The notes under the pieces were generated by a model. The model was not told where the DNA came from. It did not search any database and saw only the letters and a program-made list of their open reading frames with translations. From assembly GCA_051362555.1 (NCBI GenBank), contig CM120649.1, forward strand, positions 8,928,001 to 8,992,000: a stretch of 64,000 nucleotides of DNA, given 5' to 3'. The translations under genes were made by a program, and so were the position numbers. Positions 10,776 to 23,475 of this stretch are shown piece after piece. This DNA comes from Lingula anatina. Taxonomy: Eukaryota; Animalia; Brachiopoda. Each line of letters begins with the position of its first letter. Positions within the stretch are counted from its first letter, which is position 1.

Positions 10776-13700
10776 AGTCCTAAAAGGCTATATCATATTC
10801 TATAATTCCACTACCAACTGCTCACTAAATATCAACATGTCAATGGCCAGACCCTCACAAGTCATTTCACAGCATTTTCCCCTCCTTGCCCATTTCTCAC
10901 GGTAAACTTCCACTGCCACTACTATTTCTACCGACGAAGTTCAAAATACTGAAAATGAAGTGCAACTGCATCTTCCTTTGTTTTATGAGATGCGATGAGA
11001 TGAAGTGGTGGAGGAAATAAATAGTACGTTGGGAAAATGTTGGGAAATGACCAAAACCACTTTTAAGCAAACGGGCGTCAAAATACTTTTCAAAAATAAA
11101 TCACAATTAACTTATCACCAAATACCTGACATTGATTTCTTAAAACGTTATATTGATATGGCTGAAATTACGACATTCTTATACTTAATATCTAAGCCGC
11201 CTTCGATCCACTTCCTGATCATTGAGCACTGAGGCAGTGACGTCTCCTTCCAGGCTGTCCATCCCATTACATTCATGGTAGGGGGAGGTGGCAGGCTAAA
11301 GTGGCCGCCTTTTCTTTTCAACTCTCACCAATATTTTACGGATGAAACTTCATTTGTACTTTACAACATTAAAAATACATTGGACGAATTTGTGTTTAGC
11401 ATATTTCAAAAAATGCCAGACGAAAATTAACTTCAGATCCTTATCAACCCCAAATTGAAACGACATTATGTAGGTCACTGGCTATCTTGATATGACGCAA
11501 TATGGTACAATGATTTAAATATCTGAGCAGTTTTTGTTGTTTGACCAACTGACCATGAGATTGAGCCATTTGGAGGTAAACAGAAATGCTGCAATCGGAA
11601 ACTCGGTACTTTGTTCGAGATTTATAAATTTATAGACATAAAATAACCAGCGAATTATTTGTGAATATACGATGCTTTGATATTTTTATCTGTACAATAA
11701 AAGATATTTTATGCATATAATTCTCTCATCTTTGTTCATATTCTTTCATGAATGCATGTGTGAGTGTGTGTGTGTGCGCGCGCGCATTCTCTGTTGTTAG
11801 CAAATGCACCAATCGAATGGCGATATGGTACCATACAATTAATGATTTATTGTAAATAAAGTGATAGACAAATATGAGAAAAACAATAAAGTTATAGGTT
11901 ATCTACAAACTATAAGAGCTGTTCACGTACAGTTGCCGCCTTACTGAAAGTCAAAACCACATCAAGAGTGAGGAGTTCGATACGTTAGTAAGGTCAGCGT
12001 TTGACCAAACAACATTTTATATTAACGCAATAAAAAATAATAAAATCATTTGACTACTGCATATCTGCACCCTATGGCTGTATATAAGAAAGAAAGAAAA
12101 ACTGCAGCGAATCAAAAAAAAAAAAAAAAAAAAAACATTCATCTCGTCTTTTAACCCAGGGAGACTCATATCACACTTATTTTAAAACAGTTGCACTGGC
12201 TCCCTGATAGAGCACGCATTTTATTCAAAATTTTAACTTTTGAGCATGCAGTTTTTTTTTAATTAACACTCAGATTAACACTCAGATGATAACTAAAAGC
12301 TGTCGAAGAGAGCCACGGTCCTCAGATGTTTAAATTGGAGCGGGAGAATACAAAGGAACTCTTTATTTGCGTAGTTTAAAATATGCATGTTATCACTAGC
12401 TGGTGAAACACACTACATGTATTGCGGTCTATTTTATCACAGGTGAGGTGAAAATAGCTTAGCTTAAGGCTCTATTTGCCTTTCATATCGTAATTTTTCT
12501 ACTGGTTATAACAAGATAACAAAGATGAAGATGAATGTTCAGTGACTCAATAATATACATAAAAATCACGAATTATTCGATTTCAAGAAAGCGAGATCTG
12601 GAGCACAGAGAGAAAGCCGTCTCCAAGACATACCCCCACCCACTCCATAATACCGTGTTTTCAGAATCATAAACAGACTATTTCATTTCGATAGTTCAGA
12701 ACTAACGGTCAAAATCTGGTATTTGAATTTAACTCCTTTCATGCAGAAAACCAGATTACTACCATTGGTTTGAATGAATAATAATAAAAAGTACTGAGTG
12801 AAACTATTTCTGGCAATCAAGTTAACATTCGTACCTGCTACGTCAGTCTTTGAATCAAAATGGATGTAAATAGTTTATACGTTTTTAATTATGGTCATTT
12901 AATTTGCATCAGTACTTGAAATACACGTAAGGTAAAGCTTACACAAAAGGAGATCTAATGACAGAAGTCCAGTAACAGAAACACCCTTCCTCGTCTTAAT
13001 ACATGTATGTACACATTAGTTGGGCCAAAGAGGGCAGTCCTGAGAAAGTTTCGTGCGTTTAATTTTTAAAATTAAAATAGATCATGATGAAATAAGTAAT
13101 CTTAGACAAAATTTAATTTTGAAGGAATTTAATTTTGTTTTAATTAACACACATTTTATACATGTATGTACATTATGTAGAATACATATATATTTACTAC
13201 TATCTCTGTGTCAGTTATTAAACTCATCACACAAATCTATGAGTTGCAGAAGATACAGGTATATCTAATTATGTCAATAACAATACCTTACGACATTTTG
13301 GAGGTGTAGATTGCCACTTTAAATGAAATTAAATTGGTGTCGGTAACTCATTCAAAATACAGAACATATAGACTAATACGAGTATCACTTAAACTTGCAC
13401 AAAAGTATGAAAGCATCACGGAAGGATTATTGAGGATGGGGGGGGGGGGGGGGGAGGGGGGCAGGGCCATCCGGGCACATTTACGTCTTAGAAGCACTCG
13501 AGCTTCAATGGAATAATGCTCGCCTGCAACGCGGGCAGTCCGTGTTTGATTCCCAACAGATGCAAAATCTGTTAAACCGACAACTATTTGGAAAAAATGA
13601 TGTGTATTAATCCTGTCTTTAGAAACGTATTCTTTGCACAAGGGAGTTTCCTGGGTAGAATACTTTATGGTACGGCAGCTATGGATATGTTTCTAAATGA

Positions 13701-14300
13701 ATTCCTGGATGACAGGCTTTGTCAGTGATGCGCTTTTATAACTGTTCTCTGATAACTACAAGAAACTTTTGTTATTTGTTCTAAAAACTGCTTGTTAAAG
13801 AAAAAAGAACCAGAAACAGACCTCTTTCAGGTTGTTTTACTTCGACCAAGTGTAGTATAGTTGTTCTCAAAAATTGCACATAGTTGGTGCCAAAATAAAT
13901 CCTAGTTAGCATGTGGCCCATCCTAAATGCATGGCTCAATTTTTGGGGCCCACCCCTAGCCTTTTAGTAGACAAAAAGAATGTAACTCACCCCTACTGAT
14001 TCCGCCCCCCCCCTCTCCCCTCTCCCCCCGATATATAGCAATTGCTTTTTATAAGCACCTCGATATTAGGAATCGTTAATTCATAAAAAGGTAAATGGAT
14101 ACTGAATACATATATAAATAATCTAACATTGTGTAGAGGGTACACGTTGTCTGCCCACTGGATAGGACATACATGTAGAACACATTGGAGTAGAGGGAGG
14201 GGGAGTACTCTCAGGACCTTCTGGCTGTTACTAAATCCATCCCAATAGAAGTATATATATCAATGCACCTTGAAAGATCTACATTATAGTTGTTAAATAC

Positions 14301-14338
14301 AATCCGAGCTTTCGGCCCCTGGACCTTCTTCGGGGATT
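14301..14338 (-). ncRNA. Minimal type I hammerhead ribozyme motif (Penelope-like element associated)
   Basis: Minus strand AAUCC-CCGAAGA-A-GGUC(CAGG)GGCC-GAA-AGCU-C-GGAUU. Stem I is AAUCC/GGAUU, the core is CCGAAGA (a variant of CUGANGA) plus GAAA, stem II is GGUC/GGCC, palindromic AGCU replaces stem III, and predicted cleavage follows UC. Confidence 0.7.
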
Positions 14339-15601
14339 AAAAATACTTCTATTTTTATCAAGATCTATACGGTGAATCAACATGAATCCTTAAATTCATT
14401 CCAGGAACGAGTCGAGCTTTGGTTCGTAACAAGAAAAAAATTCCATTTGGTAGCTTCAATTATATTTTTACTGATAAAAATATTATCGAATGATTTAATA
14501 TCAAAATAAAGATTAATAAAAATCGCCACCTTTGGAATCTCTGGTTTGAGCATCACTTCCTGTCAGCTTTATTACTAAAGACAATCTAATTTGCATATAA
14601 GAGAACAATGCAGTTTTTTGCTTGTTTTGGGTTCATTACACATTTTTTTCATAATTTTCAAATATAAATGTTCCTTTTTCACATATACACTTATGAATAT
14701 TTTATCAGTACGCGCAATTTATTAGTTAAACAATCATAAATAACCATCATATCCCAAGTGTATATGACGTAATCTCTCCCAGGTCATAAAAGTGGTAAAA
14801 TAGCGATGATTGCCGCCCAGCTGGTGAAGTAGGTCAATTGCCTGTATAATACTGCCATACGATTATCGATTTTTTCTAGTGTGGAACATTTTAGGGGGAA
14901 GATGGTGAGAGAACATTATCAAGTTACCAAAAAATATTTGACATAAATAAAGTTACTGAAAGCAAAGTATATTGTAATATTTTACAAAGTTAAAAAAGAG
15001 TCCCAATTATTTAATTTCACAGTGTATAATTTTGCAGATATCGTGAGACATTTTTATTTCATCTGCCTCTCCCTAAAATGGCGCTGACCGCGTTAACTCT
15101 TCAACTCCCGGGAAACGCAGATAATCCAGCGCGTTGTGACAGCATGAGAACCGATATGTAGACATAGTATAGGAGCTGGGGTGGATTAAGAGAGAGTTAA
15201 CCCCCCCTCTCACACACCCATTTTCCAATCAGCAGGGAGAGTATGTGGTGGACTAACATTGTAAAATTTCCCTCAGCTCCAGGGCGTATAAAAAGATGAA
15301 AAGCTATGTGCTTGCAACACTATTTCTACCCGGCAACCGCGGGCACGTCTTGAGAACAATAAGCGGGTTACTCGTAGTGGACAGTGGTCAACAAGTCAGG
15401 AAGATCACACTAGGGACACTTAGGTAAACTGACCATTGGTGATGGGGTCATCAGTTGACCACAATACAGAGGTCACTGTTAGTGTTAGTGGGTTGTATTT
15501 GCATTTTCATAGATTTTGTATCAATAGTTTGTATATGGTATCATAATCAGTAATTTAATACCCGTGTATATAAAGCCCAGTGAGAACAGAGGGAAGAGAT
15601 A

Positions 15602-15902
15602 CAGGGGCGGATCCAGGATTATTTAAAGGGGTAGGGTCCGTTTTTTAGGAATGACAGGCAGCGGATGCAAAGCCGACCCTCGACCCCCTTCCTCCACCCT
15701 CATTGGCGTGGGGTTGGGACCCCACTGAATGGTCCTGAAATTTTTTTGTATTTTAGAGGGCCAACGGTGCCATTTAGTATTGTTTGGAAATATGATTCAG
15801 CAAGTCAAAATTTTAATTTCAGAAAGGGACCATTGGTGTGATTTTTTCCAGAAATCAAAGGGGGTCAGGATCCCACTGACACTCCCCCTCAATCCGCCAC
15901 TG
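15602..15902. mobile_element. hAT-like MITE (CAGGGGCGGAT family)
   Basis: Termini caggggcggatcc / aatccgccactg. Shared with copy B (~50016-50316). Related decayed copies lie at ~8903-9023 and from ~16065. Confidence 0.65.
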
Positions 15903-16230
15903 ATTTTGGTTTAAGCAAGCCCCTAAGAAGAGGGAATCATTAAAAATGTTCAAATGTGTAAAAGCAATTGCGACGATGTAAATTTTGAGAAAAAATACAG
16001 TATTTGGCAAATAATTCTGCAAAGAAGATACCACTTAGCTGAACGCAGTTTGCAGGTGGCATGACAGGGGCAGTTCCAGGATTTGAAAAGGGGGGGGGGG
16101 TGCAGTTTTTCTTACGAATAACAGGCCTTGGATTCGAAGCCGACCCTTGGCCCCCTTGTGTTATGCAGGACCCGCTGAAGGGCCCAAAAATATTTTGGTG
16201 TTTTGGAGGGCAAAATCGGGTCCATTTGGA

Positions 16231-16831
16231 CACGCTCGGCTGTCACCTTGATTGGATAGTAAACAATTGTCGTAATATCACTAAATGATTTTTAAAACGG
16301 GTGCATAAACTTGAAAACCACCTAGAACAACCTTAGACTGCCACACTAATCCAAAACAATGCCAAAATAAACTATAACAAGTGGTTAAAGCCTTCAAGCC
16401 GAATGTCGTAAAGTCCCCATATACCTCCATAGAGACAATAAAATAGAGTAAGCTTGTGAAACAAGATTCCACAAATTTAAACATAATAATCGAAATAAAA
16501 TACTGCCGGGTGTCGGAGCGGCCTAAAACTTGGCACGCTTACCGCAAATGCTGCAGGCTACATCATCCTGTCGCTCGTTTGTAAGTTCCATGCATGGCAT
16601 ACGCACAATCAAACCGTAAATCCAAATTCCCACCTTGACGTTTACTAGTAAGTCGGTCCACTCTGCTTTCAAATTCCACCGGGCTTACAAAAAAGAAGCC
16701 ATGTCATTGGACAATGCGACCTCTGCGGTTACGTCACTTCAAAAACTGGATGGTAGAGAGGACCGACTTAAAATCATTTAGTGATATTACGACAATCGTT
16801 TACTATCCAGTCAAGGTGACAGCCGAGCGTG
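16231..16831. mobile_element. 601-bp non-autonomous hAT-like transposon, copy A specific
   Basis: ~62-bp TIRs (cacgctcggctgtcaccttga...) with 2 mismatches and a perfect 8-bp TSD catttgga (16223-16230, 16832-16839). Empty site at ~50637 in copy B. Nested in an older MITE. Confidence 0.9.
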
Positions 16832-17689
16832 CATTTGGATTGGTTAAGGACTATAAAGCAGCTTGGGAATACAATTTATGTTGATTTTGAGAGGGGAGAA
16901 TTAGTGTTGTTTTTTTCTTTTCTTTGTTTTTTCTTTTTGGTTTTTGTAGAAACCGAGAACCCCCCCCCCCCCCCCATCCCCCTCTAAATCTACATGTACC
17001 TCTGGGTTAGCCTTTTTTAACCACTAAACTTCCCATGTTTTGACATTTGATTTGTTCACATATACATTTATTTATTATTATTATTGTTATGCTAGAATTT
17101 TATTTGTTGATTATAGCTCAGCATTCCTTATAAGTAACTGATACAGAATGTTGGCAGAGTTAGGTGGGCTGTTGTGTTGTGTTGATTGATAACTTCTTAA
17201 AATATTGAAATGACACTCTTGGAACTGGGAGAGAAGAGGGATTGTAAAAATTCACCAGGTGTGATTAACAACAATTTCTAACATTTTTCAATCTGTAGTA
17301 GAGTGTAGACAAATGGAACAAAATACAAATAATGGTTGTTTGCAAATTTATTACTTGTGACATGCAATTTAAATATTTAGTAATTAAGTTTAGGAACCAA
17401 TTTTTGTCCAGTGACAGAGTTTAAAATGTACATAATTACCATGTTTTTTGTTTTTGTTTTTTGTTTTTTTTTTTTGCTGTGTTGTCTGTCCCAGAATCAT
17501 TATGCAAAAAGTTATTAATACAGTTTGATGACATTTGTAGAAATTGAGGGGACCCAGAAACAAGTTAACAAAAAAAAAAAAAAAAAGGATTTTGGTTGTG
17601 ATCCATTTCTTAATAAGTAGTTCATTAATAAAATAAATCTGTTTATCAGCTCATTTAACAAAAAGGGACTTAGGGATTTTGTGTGTGAG

Positions 17690-17820
17690 AAACAGAGAAA
17701 GAAAAACAGAGCCAGGGAGAGAGAGAAAAAGAGCCAGAGAGAGAGAGAGAGAGAGAGAAACAGAGAGAGTCTCAGAGTGAAAGAGGAAAAGAGAAAGAGA
17801 GAGTGTGTGTGTGTTTGTGA
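17690..17820. repeat. (GA)n/(GT)n compound microsatellite (counterpart 51670-51830)
   Basis: Directly visible dinucleotide runs. Confidence 0.9.
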
Positions 17821-18580
17821 AACGAAACGATTTCATTTTACCCACTAATTTGTATGGAAAAGACTGCTGGTACTCTTGGAATAATTGTTTTAGAAAGTGA
17901 AAAGGTTTGTAAATTTTGTCTTTAACGAAGTGTCATGAAACCTAGGAAATATTACTGATGTGAACATTTCCTTTTTTTAAGAAGACCAAAATCAGCTGGG
18001 ATTTTAAAATTGTTTTTATTAATTTGTTTTATACTTTTCAGTTAGAACTCATTTACCTCTAAGGATCCGAAGTAATTGGAATATTTCAAGCTGCCCAAAT
18101 GTCTGAAGACATTATGACCCGTTTTAAATAAAGCAAGACAACTACAGGCCATGCTTGCAGCTCCTTATGAATACCACCATAATTACTGAAGACAGTGATT
18201 TCTTTTTGTATTTTTAAGTATCATATATAAACTGACAATTGTTTCTCAGGAAAACTAGCCGTGTCCAGACAAGGAAACATTTGCTTGGTTCTGCACACCT
18301 TCTGTGACATTCCATTCCTTGATATTACAATTTTGGATTAAGAAACTTGCATAATCAAAGAATTGGCATATCTATTTCATTTAAATGTGAAAATGCTGAA
18401 ATGTAGAAGCAAAAATATAATACTCAGTAATTGAGCTGTTTTTGGGTAAGTACATATACCACTGTTCATGTATGTATCTATAGTTAAATGTTTCAATGTA
18501 AAAGAAATAAAATAAGAAATGTGATTAAACATTTTGAGATAATTTAGCTAGCACTGGGATCAGGGAGTCAAAAATTTTGG

Positions 18581-18706
18581 TGCATTGTAATAAAGTAATT
18601 GATGTAGTACTTCATTTATTGTGCATTGGAATAAAGTAATTGATGCAGTACTTTGTTTATTGCATTGGAATAAAGTAATTGATGTAGTACTTTATTTATT
18701 GTGCAT
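18581..18706 (+). repeat. 41-bp minisatellite, ~3 units
   Basis: tgcattggaataaagtaattgatgtagtactttatttattg repeated. Confidence 0.9.
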
Positions 18707-19204
18707 TATACATTTTAATGCTAAATTAAACTTTTTAATTTAGAAAAGAAGGAAAAACAAAACTCATTTGATAACAGAAAATTGAATTTTTATTGTAAAA
18801 CTAAGAGAATGATATATTGAAGTTTTTAAATTGACTGCCACAGAGGTAAAAATACTCTAGTAGTTCTGCACTGTCCTCCCTGAAAAATAAGAAGATAAAA
18901 ACATTAAAATATAATTCAGGTAAAATTTATTAGTTATTAAAAGGCAGCAATCCAACAACCACCAGCTCTTGGCTGCTTTTATATAATAACTGCCTTCAAA
19001 TACAATTTTTACCAGTTGTTTGACATAGGTTGCCTCTTAAAAACCTCAACTTAGCTATGATGCCATCCAAAGAAGGAAACAAAATAACTTTCATATGACA
19101 GTAAAATAAATCTGTTCTTTTGAAAATGATGTCAAATTTTCCTAATTTCTGAATGATTGAAGTGATAATTTTTATTTAATAATAATAATAATAATAATAA
19201 CCAT

Positions 19205-21158
19205 TTATGTCCTTGACCTGCGCCTAAAGCAGGATGTAAAAAGATTAAATAATCTCCGCCACCGTGAAGGACGGCGATCCTTGGGTGCTGAAATATATGA
19301 CAAAACATTGCTCCGTAAAATGCTATTATATATTATAACCTTCAATATACAGTCTGTGCACCATCTTATTTCATAAATAAATCAACACTGAAACACATTT
19401 ACCACTGTTAAGAATAATCAAATTTTGAATTTCAATTAATACTTGTCAAAAGTACAAATACTGTTTGCACAACAAGGAGTGTATGTGTGTTTGTGTGTGT
19501 GCATGCAAGTGCATGCACAGTCACATTTTAACACTGTAATAAGTAGATACCTATTATATAGACCCTCCCGTCTTACCTCTCTCCTTCACGTCCTCTATCA
19601 CAATTTTTGTGTCTTTGACATTAACTGAAGAAAAAAATGGAAAACAAAATAATTCTGTCCATGAGCACAACAAGGATATCACACATAGTCAAAGATACAA
19701 AAATGAATAAGATCACCTAACAGTGAATTAACACAATGATTGTGTATGAGAGCCTGCTTCTGTGTGTGTGTGTGTGTGTGTAAACTTTTTGGGTGTGTTT
19801 AAATGGACCTAACTTTCTTACCTCTTTTCTTGATATCCTCAGCAAGTGACACACTGTTTGCATCTTTAATGTCGGCTAAAGCAAAAAATATGGAATAGAA
19901 ACCAAATGAAACAAAGTCCATGTTCAAACGGAATTCGGGCACAAATACGGAATTACATTGGTGAAAACACATTCAAATACAATTCACTTAAAATAAATTT
20001 GGATCTTCTTAAGTATGCTAAAGACAAGACTTTGGATAAGCAACGTGGTGTGTGTGTGTACTGTGTGAGAGTGCATGTTAGTGCGTGTGGACACATGTGC
20101 ATTACTGAGTTTCTGGTCTCACCTATCTCCTCAATACTTTTAACAACTGTTAAAACTGTTGCATATTTCTTGTCTTTGGTATCAACTGAAAGAACAGAAG
20201 CAAATTTAAAGGAGTGCAAATCATGTTCAATCTTTACACAGTAAAAGCATGGATTTTTCTGAAAATAAAGAGTGTGTGTGTGTGCAAGTGTGCACATTTG
20301 TAGATTTCATATGTGTATTTAAATAATAAATATTTTACTGAGATTCTTGTCTTACCTGTCTCTTCAGTGTTAGGAGCCTTTACTCTGTTATCATCCTTGG
20401 CATCAACTGAAACAGAATAATTAAAATGAAAGGGAATACAATTTATATTGAATCTAAGCTTAACACGTTACGTTACGGCAGTAGTAATGTAATTACAGGT
20501 AAGTAAGAAACAAGAGGGGATGTGTTAGTCAGTTATGTTTTTTTATTAATCTTATTGCATTCTGAAGTTTCCATGGAGTTAGTGTGCATTGGCTAGGTAG
20601 ACAAAATTGACCAAATTCATTGTGAATGGTCCCTGGTAATCAACAGCTTCAAGGGTCAAGACTTGCACCCTGAGAGTTAAGGTGTTTGTAGTCAAAAACA
20701 TTGATAATTTTACTTCAAGATTCCTTGCAAATAGTGAGAATGAACAAACACACCAAGTAAATGGCTAAAATCAACTGAATTATTACCTGCAATTTGCTTA
20801 TCACTGGTGTGGACTTCAGGTTCATATGTGTAGTTAGACTCTGGAATAAGATGCATACATTTTTTGTTATTCACAAATTATGATATAGACATTGAGAATG
20901 AAATAGTCTAAATTTCATTTGATAGAATTAAAGGACCATTTCTTTCCATATCTTACATTTATAGAATAATAATAATGTTAATTCACTTTTTCTTTCCATT
21001 AGTTAGATTTAATAGAATTATAAGACCTTTTATTTCCATGTCCAGTTCTCCCCATGTACAGGTCACTTCCATGCTGTCCTTGGTGGTCACCTGGAGGCAC
21101 CTGTTCCTAAAGGGTTCAGGCTCCCATATCCAGCCAGACCCAGGGTGGTAAGGCTTAA

Positions 21159-21193
<35 letters not shown>

Positions 21194-22216
21194 ATTGAAG
21201 ATAAGTTAATGTCTGAAATGAAAAAGAAAATCCAAATGAAAAGATACATATATTTAAAATTTGACTAATCAAAAACATTGTAATCTACAAGAAATGAATG
21301 AAGCTAAAAAAAAAACACTTAAATTTGTTGAACTTAGATTTTCTTTTTCAATAAAAAGGAAAATAATTTTCATCTCAGTTCATTTGTCATTTCAAATAAA
21401 TTAATATAATATACTTACGTTTTGCGGTCTAACAAACTTCCACTCTATATTTGCAGCCTTGGGCAGAAGAACTTCCGCCCTTAGAACAGGGACACCCAAC
21501 TCGGTGCACCTAGCAAGGTTTACACCACGTTGGGTGTCCCATGTCCCAAGGGCAGTTCCTCTGCCCACTATCTTGGCTTTTAAGATATTGTCCTTCAAAA
21601 CTATTCGAACAGTGGCCATGGCTGTTCAAAATAAAATAGAAAGAAATCTTGTTAATATAACTTTTTGATGTTGTAATTGCAGACATTCAAATCATTCACT
21701 AAATATCAAAAAAGAAAGGGATATATTGCATTCTTATTATGAAAAAGTAAGTCAATTTCTTTTTCATTTATATAAGAACATTTAAAAGTATGCAAGAGCA
21801 GTTTAGGACAATGTATTGATTTGGTAGAACATGTATTAGACTTAGTCCCCATACCTAGATCTATCTTATATAGGATCAATCCATCTCCAAGGGTTTTTTC
21901 CCTAAATTGCAATCAACTTAAGCAGCTTAGATGTGTGTCAGAAGCTGCTAGGGGGATATTAATGATCATTTAGCACCTTCAGTAGGAGTGGCAGACATCT
22001 AAGACGCTTAAGATGAAAGCAATTTTGGGAGAAACCCCTTGGAGATGGATCGGCCCTGTCAGATCGGTCTAGGTATGGGAACTCAGTCTATGACTCATAC
22101 AGTGTACAGCCTGATTATATATTAATAACTTCTCGTGCATGCACGCACACACACACACACAACTTACGAGCACACTGCTCTTCTTTATTATTTTCAGTTT
22201 CCATATCAACTGACAT
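19205..22216 (-). CDS. CBM20 (starch/glycogen-binding) domain protein, 243 aa, 9 coding exons (copy A)
   Basis: Manually spliced exons, all GT-AG and in phase: 22216-22168, 21621-21419, 21153-21027, 20840-20787, 20406-20356, 20185-20123, 19875-19822, 19624-19577, 19287-19205 (732 nt including TAA). Protein: MSVDMETENNKEEQCAPMATVRIVLKDNILKAKIVGRGTALGTWDTQRGVNLARCTELGVPVLRAEVLLPKAANIEWKFVRPQNPYHPGSGWIWEPEPFRNRCLQVTTKDSMEVTCTWGELDMEIKESNYTYEPEVHTSDKQIAVDAKDDNRVKAPNTEETVDTKDKKYATVLTVVKSIEEIADIKDANSVSLAEDIKKRVNVKDTKIVIEDVKERAPKDRRPSRWRRLFNLFTSCFRRRSRT*. CBM20 motifs VG...LGxW, LP...IEWKFV, WE...NR and the terminal W are present. The donor after 21027 (GTCTTA) is weak. Confidence 0.85.
21837..22090. 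mobile_element. MITE in an intron of CBM20 gene copy A (counterpart ~58196-58453)
   Basis: TIRs tagacttagtccccatacctagatc / ggtctaggtatgggaactcagtcta. Related to the MITEs at 34555 and 50777. Confidence 0.75.
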
Positions 22217-22388
22217 CTGCAAGAAATAAATCAAATCATACTTTAACAAGTTCCAATATCTTTCTTTTGTAGTGATACACACCATTATATTGGGATGATC
22301 AGCAAAAAATCAACGTTGTGTAACAAGAAATTCTCCGTAACCTGGATACAAACTTTCATGGTTAATTTTGAACAAAAATATAACTTAC

Positions 22389-22540
22389 CAGCGATTGTGC
22401 AAGATTATCTCTTTGCTTTGTTTACTAAAGCAATAAACAGGAATAATTACTGTATAAAGAAATTTGATTGGACGGCTCCTGTATTGTTCCTTAACTTTAA
22501 ACCAATCGGAATGGCGCTATTTTGACGGTCTCGACGTGAC
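22389..22540 (-). promoter_or_regulatory. Putative non-coding first exon and core promoter of CBM20 gene copy A
   Basis: Strong minus-strand donor (CTG|GTAAGT) at 22389, needed because the first coding exon starts directly at an acceptor (cag|ATG). Upstream are CCAAT boxes at 22466-22471 and 22502-22507 and a CRE-like GACGTGAC at 22533-22540. Conserved in copy B. Confidence 0.5.
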
Positions 22541-23475
22541 ACTCTCTGCTTTACAAATCACAATATATCACATGCAACTTAAACCTGGACATATCCTGTG
22601 TAAGATGCTTAATGCCTCCATCCTTGCACGGGTTTTTTGGGAAGCAGGCGATGAACCTCTGACTCATATCGGTTGGGGTGTATGGTGTAAACCCAAAGTC
22701 TCACCTCTTGCACAGCGCCATCTATGCTCAATGTTAACATGGCGTCAGTGATAATGCCGAAAATTTCATCAAACTTTCTGCACACTGAGTGTCATCCTCT
22801 GTCAGGGCATTCTTAAATGGTTCTGTCATAGTGTCTATTGCAAAACTTCACCTATGAGGTCAGGATAAAACATCTGAAATGAAGGATACATATGGACTGT
22901 GTCAGTTGTTCACTGTTCACATCACGATGCAATGTGCTTGTCACAATGTGACGATATTAGCAAGTTTTATAGACCGTAAGTGCTTTTGGAAAACAGACAA
23001 GATTGAATGCCGTCATCCACTTCAACTTTTTCATCTGTAATGATGCAACATTTTGCGATGGCATGTAAAGGTGAGATGATTATAAATCAGAGCACAACTG
23101 ACGTTGTCTTCTATTATAAATACAATTTCCTATTGTTCTTCTTGAGTCATCTGACGAAATAGTAATAACTTGACTTTAGAGTGATCACTTACGTGTATTA
23201 GTACTACCGTCCCGAGCTTCAGACACCACTGGAAATCCACATGTCTTCTGTATTACCAGCACTAGTATAGTGTATGCCTCCGGCTGTAACTAACAACAAT
23301 ACTAATTTTTACTCATTCCCTCAAGGTTTATTTGTTGAACAAAACTAATAAAATGTCATTACTCTCAGACTCTGGAACTTCTTGAGGAAAATGCCTGACC
23401 ATTGAGTTTTTTTGTCTCTTCCAGTCCATCATATGACTTAAGTCTACTTCACTGACCTAAGAAGAACAGAAATCA

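Noticed and set aside
15277-15423. Possible plus-strand exon MKSYVLATLFLPGN...GTLR with upstream CCAAT and TATAAAA
   Set aside because: Open in both copies, but no compatible downstream exon or recognisable domain was found; evidence is insufficient.
19906-20297. Longer ORFs in the track (19906-20244 +, 19953-20297 -, 56270-56695 +, 56317-56679 -) as independent genes
   Set aside because: They run through (TG)n intron sequence. Only the 63-nt minus-strand microexon inside them is supported by splice sites.
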